In this document: in pieces, positions 51,971 through 64,000 of the stretch | Numbering within the stretch: the first letter of the stretch is position 1 | Layout: the number at the start of each line of letters is the position of its first letter | Assembly: GCA_016748015.1 (NCBI GenBank) | Contig: JAAOMT010000603.1 | Span: 288,373-352,372, forward strand | DNA length: 64,000 nt | From: Geosiphon pyriformis uo1 | Lineage: Eukaryota > Fungi > Glomeromycota | Direction of reading: 5' to 3' | The notes under the pieces: model-generated | Databases searched by the model: none | The model's input: the letters and a program-made list of their open reading frames with translations, nothing else | What the model was told of the DNA's origin: nothing | Position numbers and translations under genes: made by a program

Positions 51971-52881
51971 TATTATTTTCTTTTTTCTTTTTTTTTTGTA
52001 TTAAATTCGAATATTTCAAATTATAAAAAACTACAAATTTTTTAAATTACATTATATATAAAAGTTTTTTAATTTAAAAATTTATTTATTTAATTAAAAA
52101 TATCTATAAAAAAAAAATCAAAAAATTATTCAAATATAATATATATATATATATTTTTAAAATAGTATTATATCTTATTTTTCATTATATTATTTTTTCA
52201 TGTATAATATTTTTTATAAATTTAATTAATTTAAAATATATTAAAGCGTGAACTTACTTTATGGTTTAGCTTTTAGTAGTTAGAATATGTAGGGTTACAT
52301 AGGATCACATTCAGTTAAGACTGGAAAATATATATATATATATATATATTAAATAAAATTTTTATTGAAATATTTAATTATTACTAATTTTTAACAACAT
52401 TTTTCTAATTTTATAGAAAGTATTAAATACTTACTTTTAAAAACAATTATTATTTCTACTATTAAACATTATTGTTCAGATTTTTTCATAAATAAGATCA
52501 ATATTATATAACATTTAATTAAAGGAATTTTTGCCTTAGCCGCAATTATTCTTTCAAATTTATGCTGGGGTCCCAAGGATTTCAGTCTTATCAAATACTT
52601 TAATGAAGGTGAAATTGGTACAATAATAATTGAATAACTAGAATCGCTTTTATTCTCATGCTGCCATTAAAAAAAAAAGATGTCGCACGAAAACATCAGA
52701 TCACCTATAAAAAATATATACATGCTACAACTTTATCGATACATAAGTCAATGTTACTACCAGCATTAATTTGTTATACTCGAATGAATGGGAATAAACT
52801 ATCTGCTTCATTATTTTCGGACTAAAATCAACTGAATCGACAATCATGTGATCTCGGGATTTTTCTGTCATAACTAGTCTA

Positions 52882-54126
52882 CTACTGTTTTCTAGAAGCC
52901 ACTTGAGATGTAATATGAATAAAAGTATCTTCTGCTGCCATTTCATCGTCATCATCATCATCATCTTTTTCAAACACTGAGCCACCAAAGTTTTCTACAT
53001 CTTGATCAAGCAAATCATCAATTTTGAATGGTGTCATGTGAGATCTTTGCGGTTGAGATGACGAATTTTCAAATATTTGTGTCATTTTTTTATCAAAGGA
53101 AACATTAGCCTCAACCTGAACTGCTGAAGGAATTTTGAAAATTCGAAATTTTTCATCTGAATCTGAATCCGAGTCCAAAACGTTAAATTTCCCCACCGAT
53201 TCGGGCAAAATAGATCGATTTTGAAGTTCCGACGGAGTTGATGGGACTGGGCTCATCATGCTCAAAACATCGCTAACGATACATTTGGCTGCTTCCTTAG
53301 CTGGTGTCTTAAGTAAGACAGAAGGTGGGACTGAAAATTGAATGGTGTGTGGTGGTGACATATCTGGATACTCAGAGTCGATTGATACGATAGAACCCGG
53401 AGGTCGTGGATAAGGTGTACCCTTGCTGCTTCGACTTTGATTAATAACTTGCTTAGACATTCCAAAGCTATTACTAGGTTGGAAAGATTCTGGTGAAGGT
53501 ATCTGGCGAGAAAATGTACGTCGAAACAGACGAGGTATTTTCTCGGAGTTAAATGGTGTCGAATTTGGTACAGGAGTAAAAAAGTGATTATGGTCATCTG
53601 AGGATGATGCGAAGGCTAACCGATGACTAAAACTTGGAGGTTGGGGACTCGAACTATAAGAAGGGTAATTTAACGAAGCCGGGATAGAAGGAGCACTGCT
53701 TTCGGTATTTTCCGATTTTACTGATTTTGTCCCGCTTTTTTTGAATAGAGAGCTATGTTTTTTTGACTCCGGGGACGTGTCACTGACCGAAGTCGAGTAT
53801 AAATCCAATGATTCAAAGAATGACAACCAAAGCTAAACTCGGGTTATAAAGTATATTATTAGGCAATTTTATTGATGCCGTCTTGTGTAAGCTCAGCTCA
53901 AATGTCCTAAAATTCGCTGAAAGGTTTGAAAATAAATTCAAACCTTGGCATTTTCGCAAACATCCCTGGAAACTTCTGCATATTTTTCTATGTGCGGGAG
54001 TACTCTTGTAGTTACTATTTGATGACAGGATAAGAAGTTGTGGTCAATCTCTTGAAGAGTCAAAGTTATATTTTGTTCAAGTCTTTCCAATTGTTCAGAC
54101 ACGTCGTTAGCGGTCGGGAATGCCAT
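52882..54126 (-). CDS. ASK1: DASH/Dam1 complex subunit Ask1, 2 exons
   Basis: EQLERLEQNITLTLQEIDHNF...HQIVT..VLP...AK|LWLSFFES and SPPHTIQFSVP...LKTPAKEAA. Confidence 0.93.
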
Positions 54127-54765
54127 ATTTATAAAAGACTAGTTAAGACGCGTCAAAAATGATTACAATCAATGAAGGCTCAAAATATAAGGTCATGTGG
54201 AAATAGAACACGTGTCACATTTATGAAGGAAATTTATCTAAAGTTCTAAACTAGAGATGGGCTATATTAATATTTTATTAGAGGAGAAAGGCTCGTGCCA
54301 GGACTAGGTTAAAGGAAAAATGTCTACGAAATTTATGGAATATAATACAAGAGCTAGACCAAAAATTATGTATGAGGAAAAATGAAGTATGCAAAAACAA
54401 GGTTGAATGGGTCGCCTAAATCAAATCAGCTTTGCAAAAAAAACCCCTTACCCTGTTCACCCGATTCTCATAACATCGGCCCGAGCTGTTACGGTTTTTC
54501 AAAAGCGATGTATGTAATTGAGAGGATAAAGTCGCTTGGTGGAATAAAATAGGCGCATTTTACCGCCGCCGATGTTATGAAAATCAATTTTGAATTATGG
54601 CGATTCCGTGCGCACGTGATCCATAAAAGTGCGTTCAAAGTTAGTCGTACCCATGAGTATCAGATTTACTTCCATTTTGGGTACCTACTCTGAGACCGGT
54701 ACCAATATTATCGTTTAACCCACCTTTCAAAAGAATCCAAGAAGACCTCAACGATTTAATTCACC

Positions 54766-57684
54766 TCAAATTATTGATGTATCTAACCGTGATTCATTAG
54801 AAACAAAGGCTCCCGCCGCGAGACATAAATTCCGTGGAGTAAATTGGATCTTATAAACTGGTGTACGCTTCGTTGGAAAGGTTGATAGCAGGTCGTCACT
54901 GGATCTGGTAAATGAGACGATTAATATTAAATGGAGTAATTTTGAACGGATGAAAGGAAAAAGTTACCTCGACGAGCTGTCTAATGTCGTTTTAATTTCT
55001 CCGTCAATAACATTTGTTGGACTGTCCTCCATTTTGATTCTGGCCATCATCGCCACCGGATCACTTAATTCATCAGTAATTCCTTTGTTAACGTCCCAAA
55101 CGCGAACAGTTGAATCGGCACTACCAGACACGAGAACACTGCGCTCTTTGCTAAAGTCCAATGAGTAGATGAATCCAGTGTGACCAGTGAGTTTTTTCAC
55201 ACATTTACCAGACCCCAAGTCCCATAACCTGATAGTTTTATCCTCTCCTGAAAATTAAATTACAAACTTAACTGATAGAGTAAAAACATGGACAAATTTG
55301 AGAATTGTTCATATTTTAGATGAATACCTGCCGAAGCCATTAATTGCCCATCTTCCGATATGGCTAAGCTATATATTGCTCCTGTATGTCCAGAGAATAC
55401 TCTAGTGGTTTCCCCTCTTTGAACATCCCACATACGAACAGTTCGGTCACTAGAGCCAGTTACAATATATCTTGTATTTGGATGAAACTTGACAGTCTAA
55501 AATAATAATAATAATAATAATAATCAATAGGGGATTTCGCATATGAGAATTTGATTCTGAAATTATTTACATCAACATCCGACAGGTGTCCAGCAAATAT
55601 TCGTAGTTGAAAAATTTGATCACAACTCCATAACCGAGCGGTGCGATCGTGCGATGCAGTCACAAAATAAAATCCCATAGGACAAAAATCTACATCCCAG
55701 ATAGGATAATTGTGACCTTTGTAGCATACAAGATTTGTATACGTTTCAGTACTCCACAGGCGTGCTAGGGATAAAAATAAAATTTCAATTAACTTTCGCA
55801 ATTAGTGATACACAGAAAAGGATAGCTTTGGTTACCAGTTTTGTCCTCTGAACACGAAACAATATATTTTTTATCGGGGCTGAAGCTCAAGCCGAATATT
55901 GGTCCTGAATGTCCACTTAATCGCTTACAATCATTCCCTTGCTTTTCTTTGAGTCGATCGAGTGAAGCTGCTAATATAATCAGTAGATAAATCTAAACCT
56001 GAATACGTATCGATAGATTTTTATTGAAAGAATACCTACTCCCATTCACATATTCAGATTTAATATTGCTTCTAAATCCTTTTAGCTTTTCTCCCTTAAG
56101 ACTCCATAGTTTAATATGGGAATCTGTAAATCCACCAGCGATGAGAGAGGTATCTTTTGAAATAGCTATACAATTCAAACTGTATAAAATCAAAAAGATG
56201 AGTAGAGTAGATTAGATTAGATTTTATGAACATCAAAGATATGTACATAATACCTATCGTATGTATTGTGAAACGTATAAAAGCATATCGAGGGTAAGGT
56301 TGTTGTTGGGTCAAGTGTGACGCGGTTCCTGATATCGATGAGGGCAGCGATTTCAGCTTGAACATCAACACCTTTGCTATACGCCGTATTGTCAGCGCTA
56401 AAATTTGAAATCAGCCAAATCTGATTGGAATTGTAGATCTTAACCTACTGTGGTGGTAAGGGAATCTCTCCTCTGTCTGATCCCTCAAAACTTTCTTCTC
56501 TTGACGCTTTACGGTGGAATTCATGTAGAAGAGATGGACTAGGAATTGGCTCATCGAACTAGGACAGAATTAAGTTGGTACAATTTCAAAACAGTTGAAC
56601 AAGTTTCAATGTAAGCGGTAATTCAACGTGGTTGTGAGGAACCTTATTTGCGTAAATACTGTTAAGAGGTGAGTCTTCCTCTTTCAGTACTTGTTCTAAC
56701 TCGTCACGGAACAAAGGATTCATAGGCCTTGCACCTAAAAAAACCTTTTTTTGATTGAATAAGTCGATCTCGTGCATTGTATGTCCCGTTATTCCATTGG
56801 CTTGATCAAGTTCAGGAAAAGACATGTTCAGGTGATGGCTGGTAATAACTAAAAAGATTTAAAATCTTGAATTAGTGCTTGACACAGCAATTTATATAGA
56901 GCCCTTTAAAAATAATTATCACCTTTGATATTGAGATATTGATTTACTATTCGTAATAGTAGCATCATCTTGTTTTCTTGCAAAAAGTTGATAATAAGGC
57001 CGTAAACTGTAGACGACAAACGTAAATTATATTTATTGTTCCGGAAATTCTGCGCAATTTCGTTTTCTTGTACATGCTGAGGTTGTGATAATACACTCAA
57101 TCTTTGAATTTGAGAGGAGTGAAATTCAAGATGGTCGGATTTATAGGCTTCGAAAAAAGATGTTGCTGCAAATATCGTCGAGTGTAAGTTATACAAATAA
57201 CGATCAAGACAAGATCAAAGACAATTTAATAGTTGATGAATATACCTTGCTCTTTGCAATCTTTAACTATTAGATCAAGGTATACATGTACGAACATAGG
57301 AAATAGAACAGCCCTCAATTCCAACTACATAATAAAATTGTGTGTTTTGAACGCAAAGACCAATTATCGTTCATTAAGCTAAAGCATAAAGACGCGAGAA
57401 AATACTCTAAAGGCATCCAAAGAATTTTCAACCCAACCACGAAATGTCCCATAGCTTGAATTATAAGCCTCAGGCTTAGAGTTTTCCGAGTCATTGTAAA
57501 AAAGAATATAGTTTGGAAAGGCAGGATTCTGGTTGATGTCTTGAGAATCGGCACCTATTTCATGCCTTAACATTAACTCAGTCTGTTTATAGCCTTTGTG
57601 AAGAAGGTACTTGAGAACTGTGGCATCGAGATCCAGTATGTTCTGTGTAGTAACATTTTGTGGTTGTTGATCAGTAGCTGCCAT
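54766..57684 (-). CDS. TAF5: TFIID/SAGA subunit TAF5, multi-exon
   Basis: LisH (VLKYLLHKGYKQTE), NTD2, WD40 repeats (YKGHNYPIWDV, SHDRTARLWS, FAGHLSDVD) and C-terminal FPTKRTPVYKIQFTPRNL. Confidence 0.96.
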
Positions 57685-59953
57685 CTCGTTACGAAAGGGT
57701 TCATAGAAAGAAGTTCACCTACACAAGTGAGAGAGTTATGAAAAGTCACATGATTGACGATCAACAAGCTCCAAATTACAAATAAATACATATCACGTGT
57801 TTATAAACCAAGAAAATTTTATTATTGGCTATAACAAAATGTACGAATACGTGATTGCACGTGATATAATGTGACTTGGTACCATTTCCACTCTTCGCAA
57901 TGCTCATAATAGTGAAAAATCTAAAATATCACAAATATTAAAAATTTCATTAAAATTTTATTTTATTAATTTATCTTGTTCAAATAAATATATATATTAA
58001 ATTTTTTATTATATTATTAAAAAACACATTAATTTTTTATATTCATAAAATTCTAAAAATTATTTATAAATAAATAAACTAATTTATTTCTTATATATAT
58101 ATAGAAATCATGTTTTTAGTTTGTAAAATTATAATTATTAAAAGTTATTAATAATTTTTTAAAATATAATTATAAACATAAATTTCGAAATCAAATTGTG
58201 TGTTATTATAATATAATTATAAGTTTTTATTTTAATAACAATTATTTAAAAGTATTTAAATTAAATGAAAATTAAATAATATTAATATTAATTTTTGTAA
58301 AAATCTTAATGTATTAATGAAATTATTAAAAAAAAAAGATTATAAATATTAATTAATTAATATTAAATTTTCAAAATTTACAAATAAAATTATTAATATT
58401 TTATTATTAAATTTTTTAAATTTTTTATATGAATACTGGTTTTACCAATCAAAAAACACTATACTTATATAATAAATAAGATACATAAAAAACTTGATAT
58501 TTATGTTATTATTATATGGCCAAAATAATAATATTAAAGAAATGATATGAAACAGTTTAAAAAACCTAAAGTGACTGAAAAAAAAATCGTGGTTTTTTAT
58601 AATTATCTAGTAACTTAATTGTAAAGTAATAGAAAACACGGATCATGTAAATAATAATAAAAAGATTTTATAGCAAATTGGTTAAATTTAAAAATTATTT
58701 ATTTTGTCTAAAAAATTTTCACTTAGTTTTAAATAAGATATATGATAAATTTTTTTTTTTGAAATGAGTATATGCTTGATGACCGGTTTTTTCTCTCCAA
58801 ATAACTTAATTAAATTATAATAATAATGGGAAAGAAGCTCATTCTTGTTAAAAAAAATTAAACAACGTTTTTAATTCCAGGTATTTCCGGATTCTTTTTC
58901 TTTTGCTCGACAAACAGAATTAGTGGAACTTGATTAAAAAAGAGCTTGTATTTAATCTTCATGAGACAATCGAATAAAATGGAATCAGGTTTTTCTTCTA
59001 TTTTAGGGATGAAAATAAGCGAGCTCAAAAACACAAGATTGTATTTATTAAAAATTGAAGGCTCTCAATCCCTCATTTCTTTCTGCAAAGACTGGTTTAG
59101 CAGAATTATTACTCGGATTTTTTTGGCTAAAATCACCTTTGACTAATATAAGATTATCCAGCTATCAAAATCTTTTTCATGAATTCTGCTCTTTTTAAAA
59201 ATTTCACGACCAAGAAACACCGAGGCAAAAAAGACCAGTCATCTTCATTAGGTGGAAATGTGGATTAAGTTGATTAGGTTTCTTTCCGATTAAGATTATA
59301 TTATTGAGGAGCAAGTTAAGTCGATTAAAAAATTGAAAACCTGAACTGAAATTAATTACAACTTTATTTCAAAATAGCGAGAATCTTGAAATATTCATAC
59401 TTTATTCCCCCATTTCTCAATTTCGAACATTTGCTAAATTCAGATCATAATGAGTTTATCAAGGCAAATTATTTATTCAGAAATTATTCCCATAAAACAA
59501 TAATCATATCTTTAAAAATATCTTAATTCTCGCAAACAGAGGAAATTGATAAACGAATACTTTGATTTCATAAATTTTTATCGTAAAATAGTAAATTTAT
59601 TTTATGAAGTGTTAGGTAGATGCAAAGTATATTTTTGAGATGTATGTTAAAAACCTTCGGTATGATAAAAGACCAAATTGTATTAGCGGCCGGAGTGTTC
59701 TTTTGGTTTTAAAATGTTTCAATGTAGAGACACCAATCTTTTATTTCTTTTACCAACTGATAAATATTTTAGTAAAATATATATTTGCAGCAATATCACA
59801 AATATGTCTGGATTGACTGAAACCATCAAGTTTTTATTTTTGAAGAATGGTTAAAGTCTGTGAAATAAATCCAAATTTCAAATTTTTAATATCATACACT
59901 GTCTTTTAAATATCCCACGATGAGGAGTTCAAGCCAACACTATTTTCGCTAAA

Positions 59954-61907
59954 TTAGGGCAATTGATAATCACCCAAATATACGCACAGCCTAGGAATCT
60001 CCTCATGACTAACAGCTTGTCGTTTCGCTGCAATCCAGCCTTCGTCGTCTCTTACCGCAACAATCTCACCACGTCGATTCTTGTAGCGGATGCAATGCAA
60101 AGTGTGCTTGAAGCGGTGGTGGATGGTCGATAAAAAAGCATCAAAGCTGCCTTCTTTATTGAAAAGCACCGGACGTTGTTCGGTTGCCATGACACATGTT
60201 ATATACATCTGCAAAAATTTGAATCCTGTTAATGTGGCAGAGAAAATTATACTTCTTCTATAGTCAAAATGTTCACAAGATATTTACCTTCTCACCTTGA
60301 TCAGCATCAGGAATTGGCTTATTGAATATATCGTTCTTTTCAAACCATAATTTCTTAATGGCCATTTCAACAATTGACAACTTTGTTTGACTTTCGTAAT
60401 ATTTAGGTGATAGCAGCAATCCATACGCAGAATTGAGCTTTCCACCAGTGGGATCATTTAGCACACGTATTGGCTCATTGGAGGGAAACCCGCTTGGATG
60501 ACGATAATACTTGAAAATTCAGAAAGTAAACACATAAATTAAAAGATTTTAGAAAGATTGATTTTCCAATATTTATGTTATGATTCTTACGAAACGGGAA
60601 AAGTTCATCTTTAAATTCACAGAGAACTGACGACTATCAACTATCTTGAACCCAGAAATTTCACTTAATGGGATTAAAACCTCATCAGTCGTTGAATTAA
60701 ATAGTAATGATATGTCGTTTGTGGTCCAGCGGAACAAGAAGGCCATATCATCATTTACGCTTTCTTGGTTTTCTTGCTCATGATTAATTGAGGAATCTTG
60801 CCCCCAAGAAAGAAACTCGACTTTAATCAAATCAACCTTCATGCAATATGTCGATAAGTTAACATTTCCATCCGATTCTGACGCATTAGTTGTATTCAAT
60901 TGGAGAACTTCATCTTCATTGAAGAATGTCTCCATACTTTGGCTGTAAATTTCCTGACCGGTAATAGAATGCGTCCTGCTAGACTGAGAACTTTGATCTT
61001 GCATTAAATTCAAGTTCAATTTCGTTTGAAGAGGAAGTTTTCGACTAGAGATCAGAGTATCCTCCTTATTAGTTTCAGGCTGAATCTTCTTTGTTCTATT
61101 AAAGTTACCCAGGGATTCCAATGAATTCCAGTCAAAATTAATCCATTGTGAAGCACTGGATGACATATCAGATTGTGGTCTTGGTGACCCTTTTGGGATG
61201 ATATTTTGTTGCAAAGAAGTGCCGTGATTTAATAGGGAAGGCTGAGGATCAGAACTTCCAGATTCATGTAAAGGTGATATTAAGGTTGCTGTGGTCTCAA
61301 TTTTTTTTTCGAATTTCACTCTTTCAGTCGATTTACTTTCTTCAATTTTGTTGGATAAAATCATTGGTTTTAAAAAAGAAGGAATTGATTCTTTTGGGAC
61401 CTCAATTGGCCCATCGAATAAGTCTACAATTTGAGTAGTATCTTTTTTTCCATTATTTTCTTGTTGTGCAGACTTAAATATTTCATTGAACATATCCGCG
61501 ATTTCTGCTAATTCATCCTTCTCCGTCTCCGTCTCGCCCAAAGGTTCTGGTGTAGATGAAGAGGTGGGTTTAGCGATTGTTTGGTTGCTATCAATTGAGA
61601 TATTTGAATTGTTGTTTAAAAAAATGGGAGTCTGAGGAGTGATCGGCGGACTTTTCATGGATTGATCAATCAATATCCTCTTGAATGCCTTTGGAGGAGA
61701 GGAGGGATCTTCGTTAAGTGTATCTATCCAAAGAGTTTTAGTTGATTTAATATTTGTGGTCCAAGATAAAAAAGTTCAAATACTTCAGCCCTCAAAAGGA
61801 GATAACTTGGAAATATTTCAGCTGCTTTGACTACCTTGAGCTGTGGTAAAGCTAGCTTCGGAACCTTCATCGGACTCATAACCACTAGTGTCATTTTGGG
61901 GGTCCAT
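59954..61907 (-). CDS. Hypothetical protein with low-complexity N-terminus and C-terminal PB1-like domain, 4 exons
   Basis: Spliceable exons with GT-AG. The C-terminus IRYKNRRGEIVAVRDDEGW...RLCVYL fits the PB1 pattern. Confidence 0.7.
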
Positions 61908-62421
61908 TTTTAACTTGGACAGAGAGTATATTTTCACTTTTGTAAAAGTCAAAAGCCGTGACACTAGAATTTTGTGGATTTGGCCACGTATTTTTGAAGA
62001 AATTTATAAAGATTCAGATAATTAATTTACAAAATAAAACGATCCATCATGTCGAGCACATTTTAATCTTAGTTGTTGAGCTTTACTCAACACATAATAT
62101 GATTCAAACACTGATTGGATTTAAACGACAGATTTTGATAAAAGAATTGATAACAATAATGAGGAAAACTTTTTCTCGAATTTTTAATTAATGAAAACCA
62201 CCTACTATGCAATATTACTAGCCTCATAAACTCTAAATTTTTTATATCAGTATCAATATTATATAACTTATTTAAAAAATATAACCTTTTAGAAATATTA
62301 AATGAATTTTGTTTAAATGATTACAAGTATACATTTTAATAAACTTTTGTTATATTAATAAGTAAAAAGTTTTCCATTGGTTGTTTAACAAACCACAATT
62401 AATCACATCTTATTTATCTAA

Positions 62422-62452
62422 GATTTGATTTGATTTGATTTGATTTGATTTG
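62422..62452. repeat. (GATTT)n microsatellite
   Basis: Six units seen directly. Confidence 0.85.
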
Positions 62453-63493
62453 GATTGAAATGAATTTGAATATTTTATTTTAATTGTTTTACTTTTTGCA
62501 ATAATATTCACATTTCTATAAGATTTATACATTCAAATCTTTTGTTATTGATTTAATCATTATTTTTTAATACTAATTTTTTTTTAATTATTTAAAAATA
62601 GTATTAAAACTTATTATAATTTATTATCTAATTTTAAATATTTTTTTATCTTATAAAATTTATTAAAAATTTATTGTTTTTTTTTTAATTATATAAAATA
62701 AAATTAGTTTAAAATTAACTTAAAATTAATGAAAAACTTTTTTTATAAATAAATATTTACAAATTTATTTCATATTTTTATATTTTTATTATTATATTTT
62801 ATTAAAGTATATTTTAAATACTGTTTAAATACATAACATATAAAAATTATTTTAAAAATAAATTATGTGTTTTTTATATATAATAACAAAAATAACACCA
62901 AAATTATTAATTAAATCTGTTTTTGTTTTTGTTTTTATGTTTAACTTAAAAAATATAATTCAACTAATTTAATTATTTTTTAATTAATTAAATTAACATT
63001 AAAAATAATAATCAAACCTAGTTTTTAATTGATTTTTTCACAAATAGTAATTAAATTACATTTAATAAAACATATTAAAAAATATATTTTTTAAAAAAAA
63101 ATTCTTATTTATATATTTAATAAAAAAAGTCAATGACCAAACTAACGATTAGTTTAACAACTTGGTTAATAATCAAATTAAAAAATAATTAATTCTAAAA
63201 ATAAGATAATTAAAATATATATTATTAATAATTATATAAATAAAATAAAAATTATAATTTTGTTAATTTCAAAATTCAATTATAACAATATGTTTAAATT
63301 AGGATTGAGAATTTTATGTATTGTTTAAAGTTAAATTATTATAAACTGAAACATTTTTTTGATTTTTTTATAAAATATTTTGATTCATCTGTTCAATTTT
63401 AATAAAAAAATAAGATACATAATATTATTTATAAAATGTCTAAAAAGCATGAAAAACTACAAGTTAATAAAAAAAAAGGGATTAAATTTAAGG

Positions 63494-64000
63494 CTAGAAT
63501 TTCAATTTATTAGTCTCCTGGTGTTTAACCGTTTGTTTTTTAACATGATACCAAATAAAGACACCATAAATTCGACAAATTAAATTTATGGTCAAAATTA
63601 TGGAACTCATAGTAAGACTTAATTGTGGAATAATATTGTATGCGAAGGTGTTTCGATGATAAAAAACCTATTTGAAAATAATTATATAAGATATTTAATT
63701 TAATCAAGCATTGAAAATTTTCATTTAGTTAAAAATACCTGAATTATAAATTGTGGAACATCTTCAATGAAAATATTAATACCACTACCCCAGAAGATTA
63801 AATTATCAACTCTGTTAGATATTGGGGCATTAAAAATATCAAAGTTGGCATATTTCGAATAGAGGAGATTTAGAGCATCAATATCGGCAGAGGAGAGCAG
63901 AGTGAATAACGCAGCGGGTTTTGCATGTTTCCGTAACCACAAAACATATTCATCATTTATGGTAATCTCCGTAATTACGATGTACGCTGCTAGTCCACTA
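63494..64000 (-). CDS. 3' end of a paralogue of the 48001-51284 membrane-protein gene (continues beyond the window)
   Basis: Reverse complement is near-identical to 50893-51260, including the intron. FTLLSSADIDALNLL...EDVPQFIIQV. Confidence 0.88.

Noticed and set aside
58870-59330. Moderately GC-richer segment that might be a gene
   Set aside because: No consistent frame, splice pattern or recognisable motif on either strand.

Overview
Intron-rich, AT-rich fungal nuclear DNA, most consistent with Glomeromycotina. The TE proteins resemble those I recall from Geosiphon pyriformis, which is an inference. The window has three zones. (1) 1-18 kb is a dense housekeeping cluster: GPI14/PIG-M, a HOS1/HDAC8-like deacetylase, ELP5, ERG12, a secreted and probably GPI-anchored BtuF/CBA1-like binding protein, a macro-domain protein, RRP46, PUP3 and QCR2. 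(2) About 18.4-46.5 kb is a TE nest, all on the minus strand. An RNase H-bearing LINE is interrupted by a full-length 9.7-kb Ty3/Gypsy element (gag, PR, Cys-rich insert, dUTPase, RT, RH, IN, plus an extra 3' ORF) and by a 3.9-kb non-autonomous LTR element carrying minisatellites and a dUTPase remnant. The nest is flanked by extremely AT-rich tracts that are demonstrably fossil LINE ORF1 copies. (3) 48-64 kb holds an Ig-like/multi-TM protein gene, ASK1, TAF5, a PB1-like protein and an inverted near-identical paralogue of the Ig-like/TM gene. Best leads: RIP-like C->T hypermutation confined to TEs and visible at several decay stages; dUTPase-carrying retroelements; a switch-like structured 5' leader upstream of the putative B12-binding gene; and two unexplained structured, CpG-retaining intergenic RNA candidates. 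Exon boundaries and counts were read by eye and are approximate.
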